From IMG/VR virus record IMGVR_UViG_3300034280_000607, positions 5,338 through 69,337 of that record: a DNA stretch of 64,000 nucleotides; one strand, given 5' to 3'. How positions within the stretch are numbered: position 1 is the stretch's first letter; each line of letters begins with the position of its first letter. The notes below the pieces were generated by a model. It was given only the letters and a program-made list of their open reading frames with translations, was not told where the DNA came from and did not search any database. Below, one piece after another: positions 21,901-30,700 of this stretch. Origin of the DNA: a virus. The position numbers and the translations under genes are program-made.

Positions 21901-24747
21901 GTTTCCATTCTCTTGTTTAATTATACCGTTAGCCAAAAATTCGTTAATCTGCTGCTCACTAGACTGTTTCATATCTTCCAGAATAGCTTCACCCACTATA
22001 GTGCTATATTTGGCATTAATCTGGTCTAGGTTCATCTGACCGCTATACAGATCATTACGGAACTCTTGTAAAACACTATTAACATTTAAGGAAGGAATAA
22101 AATAAAATAGTCTGCCTGCTAGATCAAAGTTCTCTAGCTTAACATCTTTACTGTGCTTAATAGTAGCCAGTATACGGCTAATCTCAGGTGCTGCAAATGC
22201 AGTGTATGCTCTTTCAGTAAGACCAGATGAATATTGCAGTTCACCTTGTTCGTTCAAGAAGTAGTCACGACCTTTACCCAAAGGCTGGTCATCATTATCT
22301 ATAAAGAACTCCTTAGTCATCTTGGTCTCAATAGTAGTGGTCTTATCAGACAATGTAAAGTTGATATAAGTAGCAACATTGAGGTTCTCCTGATGCTTGA
22401 GCAGCATAGTAACTGTCTGCTCTTTATCTGTAAGAGACTTTCTCACCTTACCGTCTTTACCAGCTTCCTGTTCACGGATACCGTTAAAGTACTGAGGAAT
22501 AAAAGTGCTAATTCCTTTCTTTACACTTTCCCAAAATGATTTATTAGGACGTCCCAGTGCACTGTTAGTAACAGAAACAGTTTGCCCAAGCTTCCACTGA
22601 CGTTTCTTATTTTCAATATAGTTAGGAAGTATGTATAGATACTTCTGTTTACCATCTGCTGTTTGTGCAGAGGGAATCTTGTACTTACCAGGATTTGCTT
22701 CATAGTAGAGGATAGCCAGCTTACGCATAGAACCTTTCTCATCCTGAAAACCATAATTGTCTTCAAACACTAATTCTGCATTATCTGCATAAGACTTGTA
22801 GATATTATCTAATAGATTGTTCTTGGCAAAGATGACATCAAAATCATTGCCTTTACTAAGAGCTTTAGCTATCCGGGGTGTGATATAATCCAGTTCTTTA
22901 TCTGTAAACTCAATACCCAGTGTAGCAAAGAACTCTTTAAACTTAACCACCTTGTCTTTACCTACAGCAGTCTTACCTTCTTCTATCAACTTGGCAAGTT
23001 TTTCTATTTTAGCAAGATTAGGTTTTAGTTCATTCAGTGCAGAACGCTTGAAGAATTCTGATTGCTTGTGCACTTCCAACCAATCACGGGATATTTGGTC
23101 TTCTACTGTATCACGATTTGAGTTGATCACCTTTACATCAGTGATACCAGTTACCTGATTTCCATCCTTACGGGTTTTATATAAAAGCAAGGTCTCTTGA
23201 GCAAAAGCTTTAGTAGCAAAGGTTAAAATGTCATTGATCTTGTCCCACTCATTGTTTTTTTCAAAACGGTTAAGCTTAGTTAGAAAATCATTCAGGTAAG
23301 GTCTTGCATCTGAACGCTTGTATAAACTAGCCTTAAAAGCATTCAGTTTACCTGCAGTATCAGTAAATCCAGTAAGAGCCATTTCACTACCTGCATACAA
23401 GATATCAGCAAACACATCATTAGAATCTGCATATATAGGAATACCAAGCTCATACTCACCGGTCTTGATAGTTTGTACCAAAGCTTTTACACGTACAGAA
23501 GCCGTGTCTCGAGGGTTTGTTTCAAATACACTACGATCAAAACGTTCACCTACTTCTTCCTGTGAGATTTCAACATCCTCATTATTATCTACTTCTTGAT
23601 TAGCTACATCCTGAGAATCTATTGTCTGTATAGCGTTCTTAACCATCCGGATACCTTTCCGAGCAAGTTCAGCTACAACAGCATCCTTGTATTTGTCAAA
23701 GTTGTTTACAATCGTATCATATGTTTCTGCAGCTTTAACCATGTCTTCATAATTATTGACATATGCAAGTACTGGAAACTCATTCAAAATATCATTATAA
23801 GACGATGAAGCTTTTACATCTGCCAAGTCTTGGTCAGAATTGATGATTCCATTAAGAGCCATCTTTAGGTTATCTGCTACTTCTGAGTAGATACCTTTCA
23901 CTGTACGAAATGCTTCAGCTGGTGTAATGTCTAGCTTTTTATTAGGAGCAATATCACCTAGAGTGTTAATCACGCTAGCCATAATATGAGAAGTATACTT
24001 CAGATCATTCTGAGAACGGATTAGATCTTTGTTAATGCCAGCTGCAATCTGTTCTGTAGACTTTGTCCTAATAGAACGGAACAAAACTCCTCCCTGATTA
24101 ACAGGATTTTGAGCTACATACCTTTTAAAACTCTCCTGGTCTTGCTTACTGCCCAGTATGAGAATCTGCTCAGGTTCAAATACAGCAACCGTACTTCCTT
24201 CTTTCTGTCCGGCATCTATACCTATTACAGCATCATAGTTTCCACCCTGGGTTTTAATAATTCTAGGATTAGTGTACTCATCTGTATTATGTACTTCTTC
24301 AGGAACGTCTGCAAGTTCTGAGGGAGAATTATAAGGTTTCTGAACGTTGACAACAGCAGATATAACTTTTCTCTTTATGAGGAAACCAAAAGTTTCAGCG
24401 TAGCTTTTAGCTGTGGTAAAGTAGGTAACATATCCTTTGAACTTACCATCTGCAGGTAATAAGTGTTCCATTGCACCATGGTACATTACATCTTTGACCT
24501 TACTATCCGGAAAGATAGTATTTACATATGCATTATACTGGTCTAAGTTACCAATATCAGAAAGCTCTTTTGAACCATTAAATACCTCAGCTACCCCAGG
24601 TTTTACTAAAGATCTATCTGCTACTACTTGATAGTTATCAGCACTGGGGATCTTTCCATAAATCAAAAACTCTTTCCAAGCACGGTTTTCACCGACCTTA
24701 GCAACCAAAGCTTTCCACTCCGGACTGGTAATGTTAGGACAAATCAT
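12943..24747 (-). CDS. virion-packaged RNA polymerase (crAss-like, double-psi beta-barrel), polyvalent fusion with ART-like, SLOG-like, macro-like, NADAR-like, RecD/Dda-like SF1B helicase and zincin peptidase domains
   Basis: Catalytic GSDFDVDKL (DFDVD at 20131-20145) is preceded by RIPNQ. Helicase motifs: GYAGTGKT (15268-15291), DEASM, GDPKQI, YGITVHKSQG, YVGMSRA. Zincin motif HELMH at 13471-13485. Confidence 0.88.
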   Translation of the reverse strand: MICPNITSPEWKALVAKVGENRAWKEFLIYGKIPSADNYQVVADRSLVKPGVAEVFNGSKELSDIGNLDQYNAYVNTIFPDSKVKDVMYHGAMEHLLPADGKFKGYVTYFTTAKSYAETFGFLIKRKVISAVVNVQKPYNSPSELADVPEEVHNTDEYTNPRIIKTQGGNYDAVIGIDAGQKEGSTVAVFEPEQILILGSKQDQESFKRYVAQNPVNQGGVLFRSIRTKSTEQIAAGINKDLIRSQNDLKYTSHIMASVINTLGDIAPNKKLDITPAEAFRTVKGIYSEVADNLKMALNGIINSDQDLADVKASSSYNDILNEFPVLAYVNNYEDMVKAAETYDTIVNNFDKYKDAVVAELARKGIRMVKNAIQTIDSQDVANQEVDNNEDVEISQEEVGERFDRSVFETNPRDTASVRVKALVQTIKTGEYELGIPIYADSNDVFADILYAGSEMALTGFTDTAGKLNAFKASLYKRSDARPYLNDFLTKLNRFEKNNEWDKINDILTFATKAFAQETLLLYKTRKDGNQVTGITDVKVINSNRDTVEDQISRDWLEVHKQSEFFKRSALNELKPNLAKIEKLAKLIEEGKTAVGKDKVVKFKEFFATLGIEFTDKELDYITPRIAKALSKGNDFDVIFAKNNLLDNIYKSYADNAELVFEDNYGFQDEKGSMRKLAILYYEANPGKYKIPSAQTADGKQKYLYILPNYIENKKRQWKLGQTVSVTNSALGRPNKSFWESVKKGISTFIPQYFNGIREQEAGKDGKVRKSLTDKEQTVTMLLKHQENLNVATYINFTLSDKTTTIETKMTKEFFIDNDDQPLGKGRDYFLNEQGELQYSSGLTERAYTAFAAPEISRILATIKHSKDVKLENFDLAGRLFYFIPSLNVNSVLQEFRNDLYSGQMNLDQINAKYSTIVGEAILEDMKQSSEQQINEFLANGIIKQENGNFSFPTSINGFKNTDYINRLRQSGLKGRDLARLMMMDMKLNYINTQVKMIQFLRFDPALAFKSFKDFNKASKFNEISGEDKVKLVSSTWDEFSKRAAALIAPGAQGSYSWKMKNGESYSSSNYQAFTAADVEYKIGDTENTITDAQEYITLNEHIDNLMSEGKISLEIWQLIYDKIQKAGPGGYYELSDKELGYVFTPTKPVHVNDVDEATADAGLNRIDYVKSSRYPLIPQHEAGSERDKLRQWMEQNGIQAVNFASAKKLGRPIKSVALFNENGSEFIEPSKDDLAAARQTLSRDGLRTQQEIPHQKDEIRTVSQMNRTLFDNMLNETFSLKGIKEMSGTQAKSLKELVRSRLFDLQVQQLQKELGDLNRSHRGLHRLLKDVIINDTTGSYGENDLKSIELDEKTGKFLMPLEQQFKLKKFQGLINSMINKNVMLKVEGSSFVQVSGVGAKYNFSNLAKGVKSGIIWTDSYAKSFKDGDVKLNYIRKEGDEVKPAQVIVSQYLRDANGKLVDLSKYITEEKVGNTTVKILNTSKMPAELFQLVGTRIPNQSHPSMLPIEVVGFLPAYMENTIIVPDGITGQMGSDFDVDKLYAYATKFNYKDNTIEKLGANQEEYTELVAAAKKIAKAAGEQADDKGIYSNFNNYLAQAVKNKYGNNEVPKFKVERPSTFELVNYKLDSTEDVENMNEEQLGQLYRDIHWMVLTHPAAYDKITKSIDMPEVKRKVAEREVELEKYGITSDKDVMLPLDFITSINRFNDNRSGKVGVGVFANLISAQADFQDKVLRLGMVVDDLEKENPIKIKLSKKGKVIDLLYLGQPGSSNSFIGKTRNISENLNMMFTESVDNAKNQFLREFNWEEKAMSAIGVFEMLTDADGNAAPIEFVMDLTSQGAIKHLFTLMDQKQDSFGEYDSNAMETAMLEIQSKIAERLMKQGYFGSMAEVEQYLEDQDRDQALDPETLEDMWLIGKAIEAGALSQYNFVNQIEQKEQLSYKDPESGIEYNEKLNAETILEKIAKDKGYSSVRNMMLKYNTVQYDSLNLFKRMEDIGRELNTILGSVYTYTKGIGPNVFATRQKLNQLNKLSGSTNFIGLSNIAGTVQRNKDTGMLEIQAQGEIGASIKHSLMVAQEMYNILFPISSGKNIESIVDILMANQGKNKEELGKNSYINLYDTVFNGIKAYMYTMPELELFQNARGMRAQMINGESSLGKRIVNLAKDPEFKSNGFLKNIEVKQAPRQKAYTIGIRALFGSDIDEKGIISGFYELATSDKEEIRQLAKDLAIYPFLTSDAGNIGRFIPVDYYFSDEDFKKVIGVIDSAYSMHMDDPGAMESLVLQIVQNNPEQFAKSFKYSTYSGFTGAKDNVFKRVVKKLVGKEELKDVNTFTIKIGDFEADSKGKNIADSLKVPLSNSESKSLKEQGSTVNFKYPPYILINDTFTSEFVEAGSRNVNYLYKRVSPIGDPSGAATYERINILGYNGIKEYDFNNPELVSAIEGNNNVEDDAAFQETVPPVAPVQQQPAVSGSNNPAEFINHSGGAALSDTEWDQIGREFGVVKHNHYREPGAKELDSSKLRAAGVKPVNISDTDYAEGTQKATAAFRMMYTDSANKTVRSNYIIRNWAQVKYADAVYALGTIKQPGENASDKAGDNRIAAIPLVKGGTGYAVQMAINEGKPVYVFDGTKQGWYKYDYDAKNFVLTETPTLTKNFAGIGSRTLSTPEVIEKSLQAIRNVYAKTFSQAETTKLKTYTGKIESLQPNQVFVFGSNTEGRHGAGSAKTAKEKFGAKYGQAWGAQGQSFAIITKDLTKEKHPSRTKAQIIYQVQRLYDHANRNSDKEFMVAYSATGKNLNGYSAQEMADMFSSAEIPSNIVFEEGFSKLLNKQDAPVSQGVEISSNSKGLAAALTNPTELAKQKGNLTQSYPVTFDGVTYKDAEEAYQKNKGKYKPEGLGKGSTYDLMVQILEAKLKQHPRLVEEITKIGGQEWLSNATHQPTNKNTVWETGGLNLFINALQEAYYGVIEDAEILAEQNEEQEVIKAPQEDQELFTKVTYGGRNFILEENAGSFDVFYANNNGAKGALVKDKGLFMKVQLTHAAILYPEKVVTIQIGSKENRYYVAFDNRIYSLQPSSYADLITSDDVTRRVMQQMNTPIQEKQVQQEESTTTFNYNGITVPTEFQLSIEQADALKKIIDFVEARTSGDGTFDGTYTLEGYAGTGKTSIIGILDRYMGQKSRATKFLYMAPTHAATVALGNNIVKYGAKELPMTVQASVTESRDPRKPGPKFTKKLTDRATGIKNVIVLDEASMLANKDFEKLVAAAKAEGFKIIFMGDPKQIPEVMPGVKTKELAKAFANPNKSELTTVFRTKDNNILTVLTNIRNNSDFVEYEFENSDNMKQLSRSEYNEELIDDLKNNLEDITIINYTNDGVAKINKAARQVLGYSGPLKPGEKIVGYGGSQTKQIEKGHLANSVSYMVQDVTVRDEGSVVITSTSKALEDLQKAGMKGFPTSASFSYLQLSANDSLDFELTPQQMLNNKKELADKLRKIHELNELYQRKGISYSNYLVEVQTIRMQLAEINTGNRYIFNPAINDVELYDKDKHKGINANLEIDKGVDFGYGITVHKSQGMTIPIVYFDTSSLSVVTNTVITRNGVKFNTEKNALYYVGMSRAAKKLVVPKNIVATDFTYNEFTDGVSVDEAPEVEVFNPLELLISHQKDEAVEIFTTELFGKEKQVTDYKGFLNNLFKVTSPLNKAIITAISKTGSIEQVTFKIDMSQADPGTYNRATRTITINPKAAIVDATDIEDMKAKIHEVIMHELMHHLTVDMLMADQATLSPEQRKWVKAINNLFDQVQIKMLEDPEHSASLLMAMSQMNTDGFLSAKDKSLYYGLTSVYDFVTMMMTDKSFQQFMNTIEVQGDKTVLDRFIDLLMNIIKSLGIQVKDRSALDEGLRNIIGLIGSRTETVQKSIATENVNRSYIEQNFDTIINVLNIKTNC

Positions 24748-24763
24748 AGGATATAGGGTGGGA

Positions 24764-27700
24764 TTACATTATCTTATCTAACTTTCCTCTCAGGCCTGAA
24801 CAGTTTTCTTTTTGTTCTTCTACCTGTTGTTCTTGTAGCTTCTTAGCTTTGAGGGCTGCCAAGAGAGCTGCTCCTTTATCTTCACGTGGAGTATTAACCT
24901 GTTCCACTGTAGGAGCTGGTGTGGTTTCTTTTTGTTCCTGTATTCCTTCATTAGGATCTGTGACACCAGTCACTCCCATTTTCACCACAGGATTGGCAAA
25001 ATATACCCAGTCACTAAAGGCATTCTTACTTTGAATACCCTTATCTACAAAAGTTCCAGCACGGTCCATGATATATTGATTATACATCATTTTTTCTTTA
25101 ACTAATTTACCGTTTATAATTGAAAGTATGGTAGCCTTTTCTGTAGAGTTGATACCCTTAAGACTATCATTCTTTACATTAGTAAACTTGATAGTGGTTC
25201 TAAGATTAGTCATTTTATACAGATAATCCACTGGCAATTGTTCTGCCTTGGTTATTGGCTGTTTAGTAGCAAACCATTCACCGTTGACATCTTTTACCTG
25301 CAGTTCTAGTTCACCATTAGTAGTAATGTTAATACGAGCACTTCCAGGGCGGACATCAGTACCATTTCCTGTACGGGAAATATTCTTACTATCTACTTGA
25401 GTGATGTAATGATCTATATACTGTCTCAGTATCCCAATAGCAAAACCATCTGCAGACCGTGTAAGCCCCATGGCTTCATATACAGCATCGATCATTTCAG
25501 GATTATTAGTCTGCCCTGTAAAAGCCTTCCATGCCTCTATAATAAAGTTTGCCTGATCTACAGAAACATTTGGCAGCTTGATAAAAGAAGGATACCATTG
25601 ACCAACGGGAGTAGGGAGCATAAGAACAGCTACACCCTGATAGTCAGCAATATTCTGAGGAGAAAAAGTCTCTGTAGCAATAATATTATCTACTGCAACA
25701 TTACGATCTGACTGTATACTACCATCTCTTACAATAGCAAATACACCATGACGGTTATCAATACCACCCTCAGCAATCCTTGGATTTAACCGCTTACTAA
25801 TTGGCTCTATAGATTCTGTAGTTCTTAGTATACCCATAGATTTATCTTCTACAATACCCTGTATAACAAAGTTATGATTTTTGTTGTAGCTATCCAAGAT
25901 TAACTTACGAAGTTCTCTATTTTTTATGACCTCTTGTTTTACCACTTCAGGGACTGCCTGATCGAGCTGATCTTCAGGAATAGCAATATGAGGATACTTC
26001 TCTCTAATTTTATACTCAATCCACTGTGGCTCATGTATGGTGCCTATCATGGTTTCTTTTCCACGGATGTTTGCAAACACTCCAATAGGAATAAAGTCAT
26101 ACTTGTTCTGAATAGCATTCAAGTTCTCATCATAAAGAGCACTCTTGTCGTACTTCTCACCAGTAAGACGGTTAACTACCTGCTCAAATCCACTTACCAT
26201 TACTTTAAACGTTACACTATGACCAGGCATAAAACTGCTAGTGGCTACATCAAAGACATAGTTTTTGTTTACCTCTCCTCTTTCATAGCGGATCTGGTTA
26301 GTAGCAAACTCTACTACGTTTACAATATCTGTAGTATTGGCCAATGAGTTAGAAGGAGCTACTTGTCTGTAACCTTCCTGGTATTCAGCATTAGCCAGAG
26401 TATTATTCTTATTTGACTGAGTACGATATTGATTAATATCCTGTACAAAGTCTTTAACATCGTTAGATGTATCCTCTTCCTGCTGCTCCTCACTTTCCAC
26501 TTCCGGCTCAGTCTGCATCTGTGCATACTTAGCTTCTATAATAGCCTTATCCTGATTGTATTTATCTAGAATAGATTTAGGATTCTTGGAATAAAGCTTA
26601 GTAAATGCTTCAGGATAATATCCAAGTGCAGACGATGCCTGATTGCTAGCTGTTTTTGGATTAAAACTTTGTTCCGGACCATCATTCTTACGATACTCTA
26701 AACTACGTCCATACTTATCCTTTTTAGAAACAACCTGATATTTGTTACCTTCTTTATCATATCCTATAGAACCTGGTTTCATAAACCTGAGTTCTGTAGT
26801 AAAACCAAGATCTTTACGTAACTGATTACCAAGGTCTTCCAGTTCCTTTTCTAACGTAGATCCAGGAGCCTGTTGTTCTGACACTTGCTCAGCACCCTGT
26901 TCTTGTTGTTTGATAAAACTTCTTACCTGGGAAAGTAATTGTTCCCTGGCTGAAATATTTCCTTTAGCAAACTCTTTTACAACTGCCTCAGGAAAACTAC
27001 CCAGTACCCAATCAAAAGCTTCTACAATTTCTCCAGCATCTCTAACGCGGTCTACTATGTTCTCAATATCCTGGTTGGCTATTAAAGCCTGCTCTATTTG
27101 TTTAGCAACATTAACCGTAAGTTCTTGAGTTTCTTCAGCAGGTTTAGCTCCTTCTAAAGCAGCTAGTTCTGCATCATATTTAGCATTAATTTTATCCTCT
27201 GTTATTAATTGATCTTCAAAATATTTAAAATCTTTTTTTATTTTTTCATATTTTTCTTTTTGAGCTGTTAGCTCGTTCATTCTCTTAAAATCCTGTTTGT
27301 ATTTAGCTGAAGGATAGTGTCTATTATAATCAAGAATATATGAATCTGCAAGTTCAAATTCTTTTAAATTTTTTAATTCTTCTTTTCTTCTTCTTTCTAT
27401 ATCAGTAATTGCTTTAAATAAAGCTGGATATTTATTTACTACGCTACCTACTACAGTAGGTTCTTTTGGATTTTCTAAAAAGAACTTAACCAGTTTTACT
27501 AACTCTTTAAATTCAGAAGAAGTTATGTTTTGTTTCTCAGCTTCTACATCAGAAACAGAAATTGCAGTAGAAGCTTTCTTTCTAATTATTTCATTTATCT
27601 CTGATGTCTTACCAGAAAAGATTGCTGTTTCTCTTTGAGACAATGATTCACGAGCAATTATTTTATCTGCAATAGAGTTTAAAACATCATTTGGTATAAT

Positions 27701-30700
27701 ATTTTTATCTATATAATTATTATATATATCATCTGTAATTACATCAGAAACAGGAGCTGTAGAATTACTAGACTGTTGCTGTCCTTTCTTAGACATCCAC
27801 AGTTTAGTCAGTGCAACACCTGCTGTCTTCTTCCACTCTGCATAAGAAGGTATCTTTATATTCTGTGCCTCAGATGCCTCCTTAGCCATGTTATATTCTT
27901 GTTGCAGAAATGTTTCTAGATCATCAGGATAAGTTTTAGCTGATGTAGGTTGTTGTTGTGTAGCTATAGGTTTAGACTCTATCTTTGGTGTCTGAGGAGG
28001 TTTTACAGGAACAACTTTTCCTTCAGCCAAAGCTTTTTGAAACTCTTCCTGAGTCATACTCAAACTATTATTTTCATCAGCTGACTTTACATTCATCATT
28101 ATTACATCATTACCAAGCATCATAATGTTGTATAGACTACCTTGATATGAGTAAGATAAATCTGGATCAATAGTGGCCTGAGTCTGATTAGATGCTGCAG
28201 GTGGAATAGAACCTGTTGGTCCAGAAGGTGAAGTAGCAGGAGGCAGTTCTGCCTGCTTATTTTCCTCTTCAACAATGTTATTAATAGGTGTTCTGATCTG
28301 TTCTTCTATGAACATATCAAGAAAGTTCTTCTTTCCGTTCTCAAAGTCTGCGTAGTAACCCCATTCTTGCCCCAAGGACTCAATATGATTATCCAACTCT
28401 CCTTTATACTTCATTTTCTTATAAAGAGGATTTAAAAAAGCAATATTGTTACGTTCCTCTTTCTCATACTGGTAAAGACCATTATTAAATGTGCTTAATG
28501 TCTTTACACTAGTCTCATTGTTTTTCTTAAGTTGCGTTAACTTGTCATTCAAGTTATCCAAAAGTGTCTCAGCAATAGTAACCTGTGATTTAGTAAGTTG
28601 ATCAGGAGAAGACTTTAGCTCTTTAATATATTGCTCCTGACTTATAATTCTTAGCTTAATTGCATTTAATTGATCTACTAATCCATCACTCAGAGATGAG
28701 TTTTCAGAATTGATCATCTCGTTACGAATATCATTATACTTATTTTGTTCTTCTGCAGCAAGACCTCTGTATACAGCCTGCTGTGCTGCCAGCTCAGTCA
28801 AACGAGCCTTACGGGCTAAGTCTTCTTTACTACCGTCAAAAATAATATCATTATTAATTATCTTATTCTGCTTTATAATATTAGACGCTAATGTTTTATA
28901 TCTTGCAAGCTGTTCATTCAATGTATCATCTACAGCAAATCCCAACTTAGCTAAATCCTCAGGTGAACTTTTAGCAATAGAGTCCAACTTCTTAAGTAAT
29001 GTTCCCTCCATATTAGCATTAATATGAGCTAATACAAAATCTGCAAAAGCATTATCTCTCACCATGTTTCTGCGACTTATATTAGTATCTGTATCTGTGA
29101 TATCTATGGCTGCAGCATTAGACCTTACAGAACTGGTTATACCAGCAAGCTTCTGCTTATCCATGATAGGTTGACCACTTTGGTCCAGCTTTATCTTTTC
29201 TATAACGATATCATTTCCATTTTCATCTTTAGAAGTTACTTCTTCAGTTTCATATATGTTACCAAACTTTAACCAGGATTGCTGAGCTCTATTGTAATAA
29301 TCAACAGCTTCTTCAGTTGTAAGTTTATTTTTAGCTGTCTGACTACGGTTAGCTATAGCTGTTTGACCACCACCCAAAATACCACCCAGACCAATACTAG
29401 TAGAAGTTTCAATAGACTCCTGAGTTTTTTCACCAAAAAAAGCATCTTTTGTTTGTGAATAATACTGTTCACCTAATCCTTTATAAGTATTAAAATCCAG
29501 CATGTCTGCTACTTTACCCTTTGTTCCATACTGAGTATTAAAACGCTGAATAGCAAGCTGTCCATTCTCTTCTATAATACCTTCCCTAAAAATACCATTA
29601 ACAACATCTTTACTAAATCTTCCATATCCTGATTGTAAAAACTTACCAACTTTAGTAGTAGCTTCTTTTACAGCTACCTCTTCTCCAAAGTTTAATCCAC
29701 CTTTAATTCCTTTTGCAACACCTTCTGTTTTATTTAATATTTTAGAAACAAGAGGAAGTTCAAATACATTAGTTACTCCTAAAAGAGCAGCATTCATTAA
29801 AAAAGCATTGCGGGCATTATCACCAGCTATTCTCTTTTTTTGATCTTCTGTAAAGCTGCTATTTTCCAAGGCTTTCATAATATCATCCTTGACACCTTTA
29901 GCTTCAAACATAGCTTCTGATGATGTAGCAATAGCCCAAGAATTAAATTTATCCAAGTACTCAGCATATTTAACTGCATTCTTAAAATAATTAGTAGTAG
30001 CTCCTACAGCTTCAATAGTACCAGCTACACTTGAAGCACCTTCAGTAGCCAAGCCTAACTTAGCTAAAGCGTTAATAGCTTTTACTCCAGCACCCACTTT
30101 ACTTAGTGCCATACCTGGTATCCAAGCTGAAGCCATGAATGCTAATCCATCCACTACATCTTCAGACCAAAAGTCTATATCTGTAAATGCTCTGGAAAAA
30201 AAACCTTTATTTCTATCTTCTGCTTCCTGAAAAGCTGGTAACCATTGGTTCTTAATATCGTTTTCCCAGCTGTCAAAAAAATTACTGATACCATTATCTG
30301 CCACAGCTGATATATAACCATTTTCATCAAACCAGTTAAAAGGATTGATTAAACCTGTTATAAAACCAACACCTGATCCCAGTTTAGTAGCTGTATAAAG
30401 AGGTAACTTTAGAAGTCCTTTACCAAACTTTTCTAAACCAGATTGCTGTTGGGCATAGTAATCCTCATTATCAATAAGAGGATTAAATCCGTAATCAGCA
30501 TTCAGTACTTTTTCTGTACCTTTTTCGGCAACAGATCTATATTGTTTAAACAAGTTTTCATTCTGACTTACATAACTTGTAGAAAGCTTATTATTAAAAA
30601 AGTTACTAGCTTGTAAAAAATCAACTGATTTTTTTCCATCAGGAACAGGATCTACAGGCCCCTGAGGTGTAAGAGAAGCTCCAAATTGATCTATTTGAAA

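Noticed and set aside
4039-24747. Inteins or self-splicing introns in polB, the vRNAP or the helicase
   Set aside because: The frames are uninterrupted, motif spacing is normal, and I saw no intein C/S...HN boundaries or LAGLIDADG motifs.
24748-24763. C-rich spacer (TCCCACCCTATATCCT) before the vRNAP start, with ATCCT also seen before the starts at 52419 and 48425
   Set aside because: Too short and too few instances to distinguish from chance.
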